Assembly: GCF_006345805.1 (NCBI RefSeq)
Contig: NC_043006.1
Coordinates: 96,906,001 to 96,970,000 of the forward strand
DNA: 64,000 nt
From: Octopus sinensis
Lineage: Eukaryota
Direction of reading: 5' to 3'
Positions 1 through 13,901 of the stretch are shown in pieces (positions within the stretch are counted from its first letter, which is position 1; each line of letters starts with the position of its first letter). The notes below the pieces were generated by a model, which saw nothing but the letters and a program-made list of their open reading frames with translations, was not told the origin of the DNA and did not search any database. The position numbers were made by a program, and so were the translations under genes.

Positions 1-57
1 ATATGTGTATATATATATATATATGGGGGGTGCGTATATATATGTAAATATATGTCA

Positions 58-95
<38 letters not shown>

Positions 96-412
96 AAATA
101 TATGTGTATACCTATATGTATATAAATTTGTGTGTATATATTTATGTTAAAAGGAACGACTGTAACATGTTTGTATGGTTTATATGTATAAATATGTATT
201 TAATTGAATACACGCACTCATAATTATGGATTTATATATGTATTTCGTCACATACATATACATATATACATATACAACATATATATATATATATTATATA
301 TCTTATATATATATATATAGAGAAGAGAGAGAGAGAGAGAGGAGATGATAGATAGATAGTTATGTATGATATATGTATATATATATATATTATATATATA
401 TATATAACATGT

Positions 413-445
<33 letters not shown>

Positions 446-1024
446 GGGGGAGGCAAAGAGGAAATATACGTACATACTCACGGACATGCATACATACGTG
501 TTGTATACGTATATATGTTATATGTATGTATATATATATATATATCTATACATATATATACACCACGCATTATATATATATATAAATACATGGAAGGTAA
601 GAATTCTTAACAGATGGATTAATCTTAGCTGTAATCTAAAATGTTGATGATTATCTCAGGACAGAGCGGAAGTCAGACGAAAGAGAGAAGGAAAGTAGAG
701 AGGAAAGGAGTAGAAAGGAAAACCTATTACAGCCACCAACACAATCATCCCTATCAACAACGACCACTAAAAACAACAACAACAACAACAACAGCAACCA
801 CAGTTACTAATCATAAAATCAACATGAAGCATACGAAATTAAAAAGTACGAAACAGAAACAATATACACACAAATGTAAACATAGAGCGCAACCGGAATT
901 CCCTGATGATGGGTAATATGATCGTGTTTCCGACACATGGTACAAATGAGGTGGCTGTGCGACCATTTTTCAATGAAGCCATCATGTAAGTTAAAATCGC
1001 CTCCATTACTGAGAATATATGAGC

Positions 1025-1079
1025 TTAACGTATTGCTCTGAACTTATGTCTATGGCCCTTGAAGTATGTCTGCCTGACC
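1025..1079 (-). CDS. Candidate terminal coding exon of a minus-strand small-exon gene (P|VRQTYFKGHRHKFRAIR*)
   Basis: Acceptor tactctcacag; phase-2 start matches the phase-2 end of exon 6510-6574; TAA at 1025-1027. Alternative last exons exist. Confidence 0.35.
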
Positions 1080-1344
1080 CTGTGAGAGTATACGTATATA
1101 TATATATATATATATATATGCATTTGCTTCAGTTTGGATGTGTGATAAAAATAGTGGTGAAGCATCAGATTACGGTAACTTGTGAGGGAAAATGCTGGTG
1201 TCCTCACTCCTACGCACTAAGTCAATGATATCGTTCGCTCTCTGTCTGTCTTTCTCGCTCTCTCTCTCAATCCCTATATATATATATATAGAGAGAGAGA
1301 GAGATGTATATATACACACATATATATTATTACGTATATATGTA

Positions 1345-1382
<38 letters not shown>

Positions 1383-1422
1383 GCACACACACATATGTAT
1401 AATTATTATTATTTCTATTACA

Positions 1423-1466
<44 letters not shown>

Positions 1467-1754
1467 GATTATTATGGTTATTATTATTAAAGCTGCAAAA
1501 TTATCATAGAATTGTTACTCAGAATTTCACGTTCCCGTTTGACGGACAGTTGTGATGAATACTCCAATTTTGGTATTCGGGTACTATTTTTCCATCTAGT
1601 TTTTAACTTACATGGGGGAAAGAAATAGTCCAGCTAGACTATTAGATGTTCCAGTAGTACTAATCATAATACTAATCATAACCAATAATGCTATTAACTA
1701 CAGTAGTATGCTAGATACTTTACTGGAAGTGGAATGTATGGAATGTAGTAATGG

Positions 1755-1960
1755 TGGTGAGCTGGCAGAATCGTTAAGCACGCCGGCCAAAATGCTTGGT
1801 GGCGTTTCTTACGGCTATACGTTCTGAGTTCAAATTCCACCGGTATTGACTTTGCCTTTCATCAGTAACAGTTGACCAACGGGGTTGATGTAATCGACTA
1901 GCTCTCTCCTCCAAAATCTCTACCTTTGTATCTCTAATAGAAAAGATTATTCCAAAAGAA
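1755..1960 (+). mobile_element. SINE family B (Deu/Nin-core-like tRNA SINE)
   Basis: gagctggcagaatcgttaagcacgccgg...ttcaaattcc...ctttgcctttcatc; matches the other copies in the window. Confidence 0.8.
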
Positions 1961-2434
1961 GAGATTATTAATCATTAGTAAAGAACAGTCGTCCAGACTT
2001 AAATGTCAGATACCCCTGACTTGGACCTCCTGGACCAATCAAAGCAATAGTAACGTTGTTATCTCCACAATTACTAACAGCTTACTATAATCCCTCTTGT
2101 GAGCTTTCCTGTTTACTACTATTTAACTCTCTTTACAAACTAAATTATGAATTACGTTTCTGTTGTATTTCCGTCACAAAAATCTGACAATTTAACAATG
2201 TTTGGACAAACGATATCTGGATAAATATTTCTTTCATAAATTCTCAGTGCGCTACTTTATCAACGAGATATGTTATAACTCAAATTATAAGTGAGTTATG
2301 AGCAATAATTTTTAATTGTGCCCCGAGAATTTATTATAATAAGGATATAAATTGTAAGTGATTATTATATTTTCCTTTCCCTATGCTAAAGTTTTTAAAA
2401 TCTTTTTCCCCAAATCATTTCAAATCATTTCAAA

Positions 2435-2970
2435 GGGCTGACTGAGTGGTAAGATGCTACCTTCCCAACCATATGGTTGCAGGTTCAGTCCCATTGCATG
2501 CCATCTTGGTCATGCGTTTTCTGCTATAGCCTCGGGCCGACCAAACACTTGTGAGTTGATTTGGTATACAAAAACTGAAAGAAGCACGCCGTATGTGTGT
2601 GTGTATGTGTGTCTATGCGTGTTGTGTGTGCGTGTGTTTGTTTATAAATATATATATATATATATTTCATAGATGAGAATCAGATATTCTCCCTATAGAA
2701 TACACTTAGTAGTGTTCAAGAGGTTTAAACTTGGTGGGGTATTGACCTGCCTAACTTGCTTGTCCTTACATTTACTCCCCTTTATATATATATATATATG
2801 TGTTGGGGGAGTGGAGTTGCATGTGTCTATAATTGCACCCCTATCACCGTTTGACAACCGGTGTTGATGTGTTTAGATTCCTGTAACTTGGCGGTTCGAC
2901 AAAAAGAACTGATAAAATAAGTCCTGGGTTCGATTTGTTCGACTAAAATCCTTCAAGGTGGTGCACCAGT
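2435..2970 (+). mobile_element. SINE family A, degenerate and interrupted
   Basis: Head ggttcagtccc...ggccgacc...aaactgaaagaagc, internal microsatellite, right half gcggttcgac...tcgactaa. Confidence 0.75.
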
Positions 2971-2990
2971 ACAAATAAAAGAATAAATAA

Positions 2991-3054
<64 letters not shown>

Positions 3055-3140
3055 TATTATTATTATATCATTATCATTATTATTATTATTATCATTATTA
3101 TATATTATTAAATTATTATTATTATTATCACATAGAATTG

Positions 3141-3330
3141 AAGGCGGCGAGCTGGCAGAATTGTTAGCACGGCGGGTGAAATATTTAGCGGTATTTCTCT
3201 TGTCTTCATGTTCTGTGTTCAAATTCCACCGAGCTCGACGTTGCTTTTCATCCTTTTGGGTGTCGATAAAATAAGTACCAGTTATGCACTGGGATCGATG
3301 TAAACGACTAGCCCCCTTCCCCAAAAAGTG
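3141..3330 (+). mobile_element. SINE family B
   Basis: gaaggcggcgagctggcagaattgttagcacg...gcttttcatccttttgggtgtcgataaaataagtaccag. Confidence 0.85.
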
Positions 3331-3975
3331 TAGAAATAATTATCATTATAAGTATTAAAATTTAACCATTTACTTATCCTGTGCAATACATGTGAAACAC
3401 TGGGCCTATTTCCCTGGAGTCCGTGCATCATATATCAGACATGTTACCAATTTCTTTTGAGCATCTTGGGTTTTTGTGAGAGGAAAGCTTTAGATTACCC
3501 AGAACGTATGAAACACGGGCTAATTAAAAGTCTAAAAACAAGCATGGGTACTTAGATCAAAATTATAAAAAAACGCTTTGGACACGCAAAGGATTAAGTA
3601 ATTATATTTTAAATCCTTTCTTACATATTTAAATTATTTAATCACTTTTAACATGCTCCAATGATATTTTGAACAATAGTGATGGTGTTAATCAAAACAA
3701 CTAACTTTAATATTTTGGATCTTGGGGTGTTTTGCATTTTTATATTTTATATACTTCTTAATTTTTTATCATTTATTTATATATGAAATTTTTAATTAAT
3801 ATATATTTATGTTAATTATGAATTCAATGTACAAATGATTCCGCTAGAGAATGCTGGTAAGTATATACTAAAACCACTAAAACATCACGTGTAGCTATTT
3901 TTTATTAGGTGCTTTTATGGTTATATTATATGTGTATATATAGAATTATAAATATAGATAGATAAATGGATAGAT

Positions 3976-4046
<71 letters not shown>

Positions 4047-4239
4047 GGCATACGTACGTACATACATACATGCATACATACACCAACAATAATTGGTGCT
4101 CTTGGTTTTGTGAGTAAATACCTAAGTGACAACCCGGGTAAGTTAGGGATTTCAGAAAAAGAAACCAACCAACTCGCACATTACGAATAAATTGAACAGT
4201 GAAAACTTGCAAGAATTTTCTCAAGTTTAAAATGTGACA

Positions 4240-4820
4240 CTGCATTTGCTATCTGCATTCAGGGAATGTGGGGCATTATTATATGGAGAAATGTTCCCAT
4301 TAAAGACGAAAGGAAAGGTCTACAGGAGTTGTGTGAGAGCAGCAATGCTGTATGGGAGTGAGACATGGTGTTTGAGAGAGAGAGAGAGAGAGAGAAAGGG
4401 AGAGAGAAAGAGAGAGGGAGATGGCAGTTTTGAGCAATGGTGAGAGAAATGTGTGGCGTGAGGCTGTTTCATAAGAGGAGGACTGAGGACTTGATGGGGA
4501 TGCTGGGTTGGAGGAATGAGTGGAACGGCTGGTAAGGGCGAATGGAGTGAGGTGGTATGGGCATGTGTTGAGGAGGGGGGAGACGTATGTTTTGAAAAGG
4601 GTGCTAGATTTTGAGGTATATGGACAGCGAAAGTGAGGCAGAGCGAGGAAAATGCGGAGGGGAGAGGTGGAGGAAGAGATTGGGAGGGTTGGCTTGAGAA
4701 GGGAGGACGCCCAAAACCGGGCGAGATGGTGTGAGGGTGGTTGCTATGGCATCCGGCTATCCCCGTTCACGGGGACAAAACCTGGATTTAAAATGATGGC
4801 TGATGATGATGATGATGATG
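4240..4820 (+). mobile_element. RTE-clade LINE 3' fragment
   Basis: Translates as FPLKTKGKVYRSCVRAAMLYGSETW, a typical RTE post-RT motif; ends in a (TGA)n tail. Confidence 0.8.
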
Positions 4821-4924
4821 TCAACGCCGAAGTTGTGTATCTTTGTCAGAAATCAGCTCCTTTCTCAACGGAAAAATTTAAATAATTAAAAATAGAAGAG
4901 AACATACACACATACATACAGATT

Positions 4925-5065
4925 GCAGCCAACAATGAAACACGGCAGCTATTGTGATGGTCTGGGAAGCAATTTGGAGCAAAGGTTGATCAGAGCTGGT
5001 GCATTGTGAGGGGAACATAAACTCAGATAAATATGTGTCCATATTACAGAAAGGACTCCTTTTTT
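4925..5065 (+). mobile_element. Tc1-like transposase fragment
   Basis: VMVWEAIW...GNINSDKYVSILQKGL resembles the Tc1 DDE region. Confidence 0.55.
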
Positions 5066-5619
5066 TTCTCTTTAAAATTTTTCCTTAAATGTTTTTTTCC
5101 TTGGGTTTTATTCCTTAAATTTTCAATTTATTTTATTTTTTATATTTTTACTCCTTAAATTTTTAATATTCAGTTATTATTTTTATTTATTATTTGTATT
5201 TCTATTCATTTGTACATGTTAAGTTAGATTATATTGAAGATATAGAGTATCATGGAAGTATATAAGAGATAGGGTTAGTGAAAAATGTTGAGGAATCGAG
5301 ACCTGAAGATTGGGAGTATGTCAACACGAGTAAGTTTTGATACTAGATACCTCGTTTCTAATCAATACTGACGTACTTTCATGAAACACGTGTAGTCTTA
5401 TAAACGGAAAATACAGGATTCAGGATAGATATAGTTAGTATAAGATTTAATGTTTTAAATTTTATGGAGTGGTCGGGTATAAAACCTTTCAGTGTTGATT
5501 GAGTTGAAGGCGGTTCTGTCTCTAAAATTACTTTTATATATACGAATTAAACATTGAGAGATGTTCATTTTAGTACATCTAATTTGAATATCTTTTCCCT
5601 GTGTACTTGGAATTAATAT

Positions 5620-5643
5620 TCCCTTATAATTCTGATGATGATG

Positions 5644-5734
<91 letters not shown>

Positions 5735-5762
5735 TAATAATAATGATAATAATAATAATATA
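5620..5762. repeat. (GAT)n/(AAT)n microsatellite
   Basis: Direct reading; it produces the poly-Asn ORF in the track. Confidence 0.95.
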
Positions 5763-6004
5763 TATATAATATCGATTAATGAGTTATTGTGTTCAGAAAA
5801 AGAAAAGTCGAGTGATCGCTCTCAGAGATATAACGTCATCTTAGAGGTCACATGAGAGGTCACATTTGAGGTCAGATGAAATGAACCTCAAAACTCTCGT
5901 AAGTAGATATACGAGGGTATGATTTGACAGCAATCATATTTGAGTGTGTTTGGGAGAGGTATATGTGCGTCTGTGTGTGTGCGTCTATGTGTGTACTTGT
6001 GTTT

Positions 6005-6045
<41 letters not shown>

Positions 6046-6194
6046 TAAGGAATCCATTTATACAAATGTGTTTTTATTGCCGCTGAGACTTATCAAATCT
6101 TAATTTATCTGAGTTATATTCGGTTCTCTCCAACGTTTTCCTTCTTTATCGAATAATATATATACATGCATATATGATATACATATGTATACAT

Positions 6195-6225
<31 letters not shown>

Positions 6226-6233
6226 TATATAAT

Positions 6234-6320
<87 letters not shown>

Positions 6321-6509
6321 ATATATATATATGGATGTAAATATTACATTGGAGCTTTATCGGATTTCTTTTTCTTCACCATGGCAGAATGAGAAATAGG
6401 GGTTTGCAACGTCAATATGGCGACAGGATGTTGCCTGTAAAAGGGTCTTAATTATAAGAGGTTACTAAATACTTAATATCTACTGAACCATAGATCCATT
6501 GCTACTCAC

Positions 6510-6574
6510 GGTAGAGGTATTTTGGCGTTGCTGAAGTCTGCGACAGCATCTTTGAGAAATGGGCGAATGACTGG
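6510..6574 (-). CDS. Candidate internal exon (PVIRPFLKDAVADFSNAKIPL)
   Basis: Acceptor ttttatatcag, donor GTGAGT, 65 nt, open; phase 0 to 2, joins in frame to 7277-7326; lies in non-repetitive sequence. Confidence 0.55.
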
Positions 6575-7276
6575 CTGATATAAAATCGTCAGTATGTACA
6601 GGCATTCTAGATCTTTTCCTCATCTCCTCTCTCTTTCTCTGTCTCTCTCCCCCTCTCCCTTTCCTTCACTCTCCATATTTATATATGCATCTCTCTCTCT
6701 CCTTCTGTATATATATATATATACATATATACATATATACATATATACATATACATATACATATATATACACAAATATATATACATATATACATATATGC
6801 ATACATTTATATGAATATATATGCATGCATGTGTGTGAGAACACAAATGCATATAAACCTATATTTATATATACATACATACACACGCACACAGACACAC
6901 ACAGACACATGTATTGCGTGTGTCTGTGGGTATGTGTGTGTGTTTCTGTGAGTGCTTGTGATACTTTTAGTCAAGAGGAAAATCAACGGCTGTGACCGTT
7001 TACAGGGCCCCCGAGACTGTTGGAAGGGAGAGAAGTACCTTAAATCAGAGCATTGTATCGAATGTAGACACCCCTAAAGATAACTCAGGGCAGCAGAAAA
7101 AGGCTACAACTTATACCCACTCACTAATTCATACTTACACAACTCACATTCAGGAATTCGCCTCTGTAGGCTGCACGAGTAACTCACAAAGCTTACTTAG
7201 CCAATTCACTCCCCCACTGTAAAAAAATACACACTATCAGATTCATTGTAGTTGATAGAGTAACATTAGGACTTAC

Positions 7277-7326
7277 TATGTACTCCTTGGCTTGGAGACA
7301 GCCATCTTCAGTAACATTTGCAAAAC
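7277..7326 (-). CDS. Candidate internal exon (GFANVTEDGCLQAKEYI)
   Basis: Acceptor ccataccatttag, donor GTAAGT, 50 nt, phase 1 to 0; in frame with both neighbours. Confidence 0.55.
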
Positions 7327-7904
7327 CTAAATGGTATGGATGTAGGTGTCTTCAGAAATAAAATTGGATCACCTCCTTTCAAGAGATCTAGATAAACGCA
7401 AATGACAGCAACAACACCAAACTCCCTCATTCACCAAATGCCGCATATCAGAGGAGGTTCTCTTGTAATAAGTATGTAGCAGGCAGAAGCTCTTGTGCTG
7501 AAACTAGAATAAAAGAACAAATGAACGAAAGACACATGTACATATGCCACAACCGATCGGTATTTAAAGTAACGCTACATCTGCACTATGATCGACGCCA
7601 TTTTATTAGCGTGGCTACATATATACTTCTATGCAGCCTCTCGTTATCTGACGTAAAGAACCGTGCTAAGAAAAGATTATTTTGGACTTGACTTTCAAAA
7701 TTGAGAACAAATAATAAGAGAATGACAAAAAACGGAAAATACAGGATTCAGATTAGGCCAGTGATTTTCAACCATTTGTTACTCATGAACCCTTTTGATT
7801 ACCATTTTATTCTGAAGGACCCTCATAGCCATTCAGTGTTCAAAAGCTAGTTTTATAACTACTTCTTTCAAAAATCCTTTTTGTTTTTCATGCGTACACT
7901 TTTA

Positions 7905-8306
7905 TTCTTTTATTCTTTTATTTGTTTCAGTCATTAGCCCACGGCCATGTTGGAGAACTGGCTTAAACGGTTTTTTTAGTCGAAGAAATCGACCCCAGGG
8001 CTTATTCTTTGTAAGCCTAGTACAAATTGTATCGCTTCCTTTTGCCGGACAGCTAAGTTATGAGGACATAAACACACCAACATCGGTTTCTAAACGATGG
8101 TAGAAGGAGGAACAAACACAGACACAAACACACACACACATACGACGAGATTTCATCAGTTTCCGTCTACCAAATTCCCACACAAGGCTTTAGTCGGCCC
8201 GAGGCTATAGAAGAAGACACTTGCTCAAGGAACCAGGCAGTAGGACTGAATATACATCCATGTGATTGGGAAGCAAGCATCTTACCCCACAGCCACGCCT
8301 GCGCCT
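7905..8306 (-). mobile_element. SINE family A
   Basis: Reverse complement of the family A consensus from the tail (tttgtttcagtcat) to the head (cacagccacgcctgcgcct). Confidence 0.85.
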
Positions 8307-8867
8307 CAGATGTAGAAAGACTTGCATAGGTTTGCAAAAGCAGCCTCTGAGAGAACGTTTCAGTGATCACTTAAGTATTAAACTGTTTAAAATTTTAGAG
8401 TTACCTGTTTCTTGCATGTATGTATGTTTGTATGTCTATATGTACGTATACCTACAAGCCTGCTGATGGATTTCTAAACGTATATAGGAAATTAATGGTG
8501 AGACAAGTAGCCTCTCATTAATAAAATTATTAGTTTAATTAAGGCAGTTGTTGTTGTTGTTGTTGTTGATGTTGCTGCTGCTGCTGCTGCTGTCAACTTC
8601 CTTTTCCTTGCTGGACAGGATCAGACAGCAGGATATTGCTTCTCGAAACCTATCATTAATGCGATAATTCCTTATTCATATGTCTGTCACCACTGTAAAA
8701 TTAATTTGATATATATTAAATATAAACGTTACGATATCGTTACATACACACGCACAGTCACATATATGCGTAAGTAACATGTAAAGTAAAAGAACGAAAG
8801 AGTTAAAGAGTACACAGGCTCATACACAAACGTGTATGTATTTATATATATGCATATATATATATAT

Positions 8868-10135
8868 ACATTGAGTAGTCCGGAAATTTCCTGCCGGTTT
8901 TTAAAGGAAAGAAAAAGGTCAATAAATAGTTGCCATTACATTTTTAATCAACCAAATATGAACCATTTTGTTGCGCAATGCGTCTCCATGTTTCCGTTAA
9001 CTTCAAAATACCCTCTTCCTAGAATTGAGGTAGTTTCATGGCAAAGAATTCATCAAGGTATCTTTTTACGTCATCCAAGGAACTGAAATTTTTACCATTA
9101 AGACTATTCTGCAGAGACCTGAATAAGTAGAAATCCGAAGGAGCAATGTCTGGTGAATATGGAGGGTGGAGTAGCACATCCCAGCCGAGCTGCAGCAATT
9201 TTTGTCTGGTTCTCAAAGAAACGTGCGGTCTTGCAATATCATGTTGGAAAACAACACCCTTCCTGTTGGCCAATCCTGGACGTTTCTCTTGAATTGCTGC
9301 TTTTAACTCGTCCAGTTGTTTGCAGTATTTCTCAGAATTAATTGTCTGGTTACTTGGGAGAAGCTCATAGTACAGAATTTCTTTCCAATCCCACCAGACA
9401 TAAAGCAAGACTTTTTAGAGCGAAGACCAGCTTTTGGGGTGGCTAAGGGTGGCTCATGTCGCTTATTCCAGGATCGCTTTCTCTGAACATTTCGGTAGAT
9501 AATCCATTTCTCATCACCTGCCACAATTTGCTTAAAAAAAGGCGCGTTTTCATTCCGTTTATAAAGCGAATCACGGATGGAAATGCGATCCAAAAGGTTC
9601 TTCTCACTCAACTCATGTGGTAACCAAACATTGTAGCGATTTGTGTACCCAAGCTTTACCATGTGCTATGAACAACGGATTTTGATAGGTTGAGGCTTCC
9701 TGCCAATTCTCAGATTGTGCAATGTGGGTTATTCTCAATTAATGACTTGATTTGGTCATCATCTGTAGTGGATGGTCTGCCTGATCACTCTTAATCAAGA
9801 AGGCTATAATCTCCAGCTCGGAACCTTGCGAACCACTTCCGTGCAGTTCTTTCAGATAAAGTAACATCACCGTAAACTGCGCATATTTCTTTGGTTGCTT
9901 GTGAGGCATTTTATACTTTACGGAAAAAGAAAAGCATCAAGTACCGAAAATGAACTTTCTTATCTTCCATTTTAAAGGGTTACAGAATTAACACAGGTTA
10001 TAGGAATATAAACCTTCTTCCACGAAAAGATAGCTTAATCTGTGCTCTAAATGGAGGTGTAGTCAAATCATATTTTATGGACTGAACCATGTTCTAAAAT
10101 AAGTCGAAAGATAAGCTGCCATAAATCAGCACGAT
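8868..10135 (-). mobile_element. Near full-length decayed mariner (DD34D)
   Basis: TIR-like end attgagtagtccggaaatttcctgccgg at left, partial counterpart at right; encloses a transposase relic. Confidence 0.9.
8944..9970 (-). pseudogene. Mariner transposase pseudogene
   Basis: MEDKKVHFR start; VWLPHEL, GDEKW, FQHDIARPH and YSPDIAPSD motifs; stops and frameshifts split it into three ORFs. Confidence 0.9.
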
Positions 10136-10323
10136 TTATGAAATTAAAGGTGGAAAATTCACACAGTTTACATAGTTGTAATAGATTTTTTTATATATTC
10201 TATAAGTGAAGGAGTATTTTATATGTCGACCGGTTTCGCTTTCGCTAACGATGACATTGAAATTATTGTAATTTCGTAAATTCCTAAGAATTTTGTTTGT
10301 GTATATGTGTATATATATATATA

Positions 10324-10491
10324 TGTAAATGTAATATGTGACAATTATTCGGTAGCCATGATGAAACTCCGAGTTTCGGATACCGAGGTGGAAATCCATG
10401 CCGCCATCTCTTTAGTTATCCGGCCACCTCGGCATCCAAAACTCGGAGTTTTATCATGACTACCGAATAATTGCCACATATTACATTTATA
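10324..10491. repeat. Imperfect inverted repeat / MITE-like hairpin
   Basis: ~68 bp arms (tgtaaatgtaatatgtgacaattattcggtag... / ...ctaccgaataattgccacatattacattta), spacer ~33 bp. Confidence 0.85.
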
Positions 10492-11099
10492 GATAAATAT
10501 TTGTATTTTGTATTAGAAGTATGATCCTTTCAGTGGTAAGAACCTTGCTTCCCAACCACATGGTTCCGGGTTCTTTGGGCAAGTGTCTTCTACTTATAAC
10601 CTATAGAGATTGAGTGACTGCAAATCTCTGATTAAAGACGTCACCGTCGTGACCATCATGGCTATATCACGAATTACATACAGTTAAGTATAATTTATTT
10701 TGCCTCATAAATTAATGCAAAATATTCATTCTATACACTATCAACATGCTTGAAATTAATTGAGTTATTAGTATAATCATTATTAATATTTCTTTTTCTA
10801 TTATGACAGCGGACTCAAAGAATCGGACAAAATTCTAAGCGGTATTCATTCCAGCTCTTTACGTTTTATGTTCAAAGTTCACCAAGCAGCTTTGCCTCTT
10901 ATCTTTTCGGGGCTGATAAAATAAAGTGTCAGTTAAGTACCACTCTCCTGAAATTTTCTGGGTTTGCGCCAAAATTCGACAAAATATTCATTTTTCTTTT
11001 CTTAAGAGGATCTTTTGATATTCTGAAGATGATTGCAAATGAAACCAATTGAAAAGTGTGATAAATGTAATTGCTAATGAGCTATATAGATAAGTCGAT

Positions 11100-11290
11100 G
11101 TGCTGGTGGAATCGGTAGCACGCCGGCCAAAATGCTTAAAAGTATTTCGCCCGTCTTTACGTTCTTGCCGAGGTCGATTTTTCTTTCATACCCTTCAGGA
11201 GTCGATAAGACACGAACCAGTTGAGTAGTAGGGTCGATGTGATCAACTTACTTCCACTCCCGAAATTGTTGGTCATCTATAAAGATGAAG
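11100..11290 (+). mobile_element. SINE family B
   Basis: gctggtggaatcggtagcacgccggcc...gaggtcgatt...gtcgataag. Confidence 0.75.
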
Positions 11291-11669
11291 TTAATCGTTA
11301 GGAAATGTTTGAAGAAAAGAGAGAGTTTTAGCGTTCACGTCTTCCTTAAACACACTAGAATCGAAAATGAAATTATAATCGCTTTTCTTATAAGAATAAA
11401 GCCTGAAGTTTGGGGGGAGGAAAGTTAGTCGATTACATCGACCTCAGTGTTTCATTTTAGGGAAAGAATGAATGGAAAAGATAACCTCATCGGGTTATAA
11501 ACTTGGTACGTGAAGAACCGGAAGAAATACGGCTATGTATTTATTTTGTAACGATTCTGCCAGTTCGGCTATTTCGGAAGATAAATTTGAATAAAACTAA
11601 CTGGAATCCGAACTTTTCTTCAGTGACGCTTTCTATAACCAAGACTAACCCAAAAGGGACATTAATTCA

Positions 11670-11718
<49 letters not shown>

Positions 11719-12419
11719 ACATATATAAGACTAACTATATTGCTATTAATTTCATTTAATCACTTTTCGCAGTTCCGTCCCATACCAAACTCATTAAAAT
11801 GGCTAATGGCAATTACTCCGAGAAGTGGATTAATAAAACTTCATTTCTAAATGAATACTTGAACTTTTAGTGAGGTCCCACGATAAATCAGTGCTTCAAT
11901 AAATTTATATTGCTAATTCAAAACCTCCATTCAATTCTGTTCAATTTTGAGTGATACCCCCCACCTCCTAGTCAAATAACGAAATACAAAAAAAAAATAC
12001 AGAAAACTATTTTTTCTTCCCAAATTACTCACCTTGTTTACTTTTTTTACTCAGTTCATGCTGCACCATTTGAAATCAATACTTTAATTTCAATTTCTAC
12101 ACACAACACTCTTTACAGACACACACAAAAAGACATACTAAAATATACACATATACATACACACATACACACTTATGTAGTTGTCTGTATATTTATATAT
12201 GTGTGTGTGTGTGCATGCGTGTGTGTGTGTGTGCGTGCGTGTTTGTGTGCATGTATACACACATACACACACACATATATATATATATGTGTGTGTGCAT
12301 ACATACCCGCATACATATACGTATACATATATACATTTATATTTACATGTGTATATATCTGTATACAAATGTATATATGCGTATATATATACGCATATGT
12401 ATATATATATACATCTTTA

Positions 12420-12708
12420 TATATAAAACTGTAGTTGTGTGAGTGTCTGTCCCCTTCGAATTAGATTCCTAACTACTCCCACATTTTGCGGTGCAGTTTA
12501 ACCAAAAGCGCGTATCTTATAGTCAGGATTCATATCGAGCCCTTCTGGGTATTAGCGCGCGTCTACGATTTAAAAAAAAAATTACCATCATTTTTCCGCA
12601 TTTCTAAGCCATTTTTCGCTCGGTTTTATGTAAGGGAAGTAACTCTCTAAAAATGCTTATATAGTTATTTCCCTTACAAACCCGAGCAACGCCGGGCCAT
12701 ACTGCTAG
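12420..12708 (-). mobile_element. Helitron/HINE-like non-autonomous element
   Basis: End ctagcagtatggcccggcgttgctcggg with a subterminal hairpin; homologous to 50261-50657 and 61625-62129; flanked by TA tracts. The superfamily is inferred. Confidence 0.65.
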
Positions 12709-12725
12709 CATATATATATATATAT

Positions 12726-12814
<89 letters not shown>

Positions 12815-13779
12815 TAAATATGTATATATACATATATATACACATATATATATATACATACATATATACATATTTATAAATATGTGCATATGTATATATA
12901 TAACTGAACTGTTTTTCCTCTGTGTACTATGTTCCAAATGACACTGACGCCCTTGACAAATTATTATAATTATTCCAATTTATTTGTCAACCCAATTTTA
13001 GAACTTCATCTAAAATTTTACCTGACATCTGATGTTCTAGTAATTCCCTTCATATCTTACTAATTATTATTTGCCATTTTCCTTGCAACTTTTGTGATTA
13101 TGTTTGTTGTTACTTTTTTAGACCTAGGTCAACCTTGATAGTACAAACCAAAGGACCAAAGACAGTTCCTATAACATTTTGAGTCTTCTTATTGGTTTCC
13201 TTTAAAAAGTGTACCATGGTAATTTCATTCACGTCTATATTGCTTCAAAGAAAAATACTAATTGATTCCCGTATATAAATGGTATTCACTTCAGCAAGCC
13301 CCTGGAAAGGTAAAAGGCAGATTTAATCTCAGCGGGAGTTGAATTCAGATAGTAAAAGACAAAAAAAATATGAACTAGTGTAGAGAAAAGAATTTTTTCT
13401 GACAATTTCACGATTCTGCCAGAAAGTAAATTTCCCAATTATTTGTAGTAGGATTCAGTGACCACGTAGAGATCTATTCGTTGCTTGGAGTTCTTGTTAT
13501 AAGGTAGAAAAATTGTTGTTAACTTAGGTTTATTGAAATCGTAAATAGAATGAAGTGATTACGATGAGTAGCTTTCATGAAATTGGTTTTAGGGAAATTG
13601 TAACGAACCGTGAGGTTAGGATAAATTGATGTGCGGCTAAGATTCGTTGTCCTAGAAACCGACGGACTATAGTCATGATGTATATCGTACATATATTCTA
13701 CAGCAGAGTTTATTAAATGATACAGACACATACACACGTACACGCACACGTGCATACATATACACACATATACATACAT

Positions 13780-13860
<81 letters not shown>

Positions 13861-13901
13861 ATGTATATATACATATGTATGTATGTACACATAACAGTTA
13901 A

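Noticed and set aside
886-985. Plus-strand exon candidate (RNSLMMGNMIVFPTHGTNEVAVRPFFNEAI, donor GTAAGT)
   Set aside because: Poor acceptor and no compatible partner exons found.
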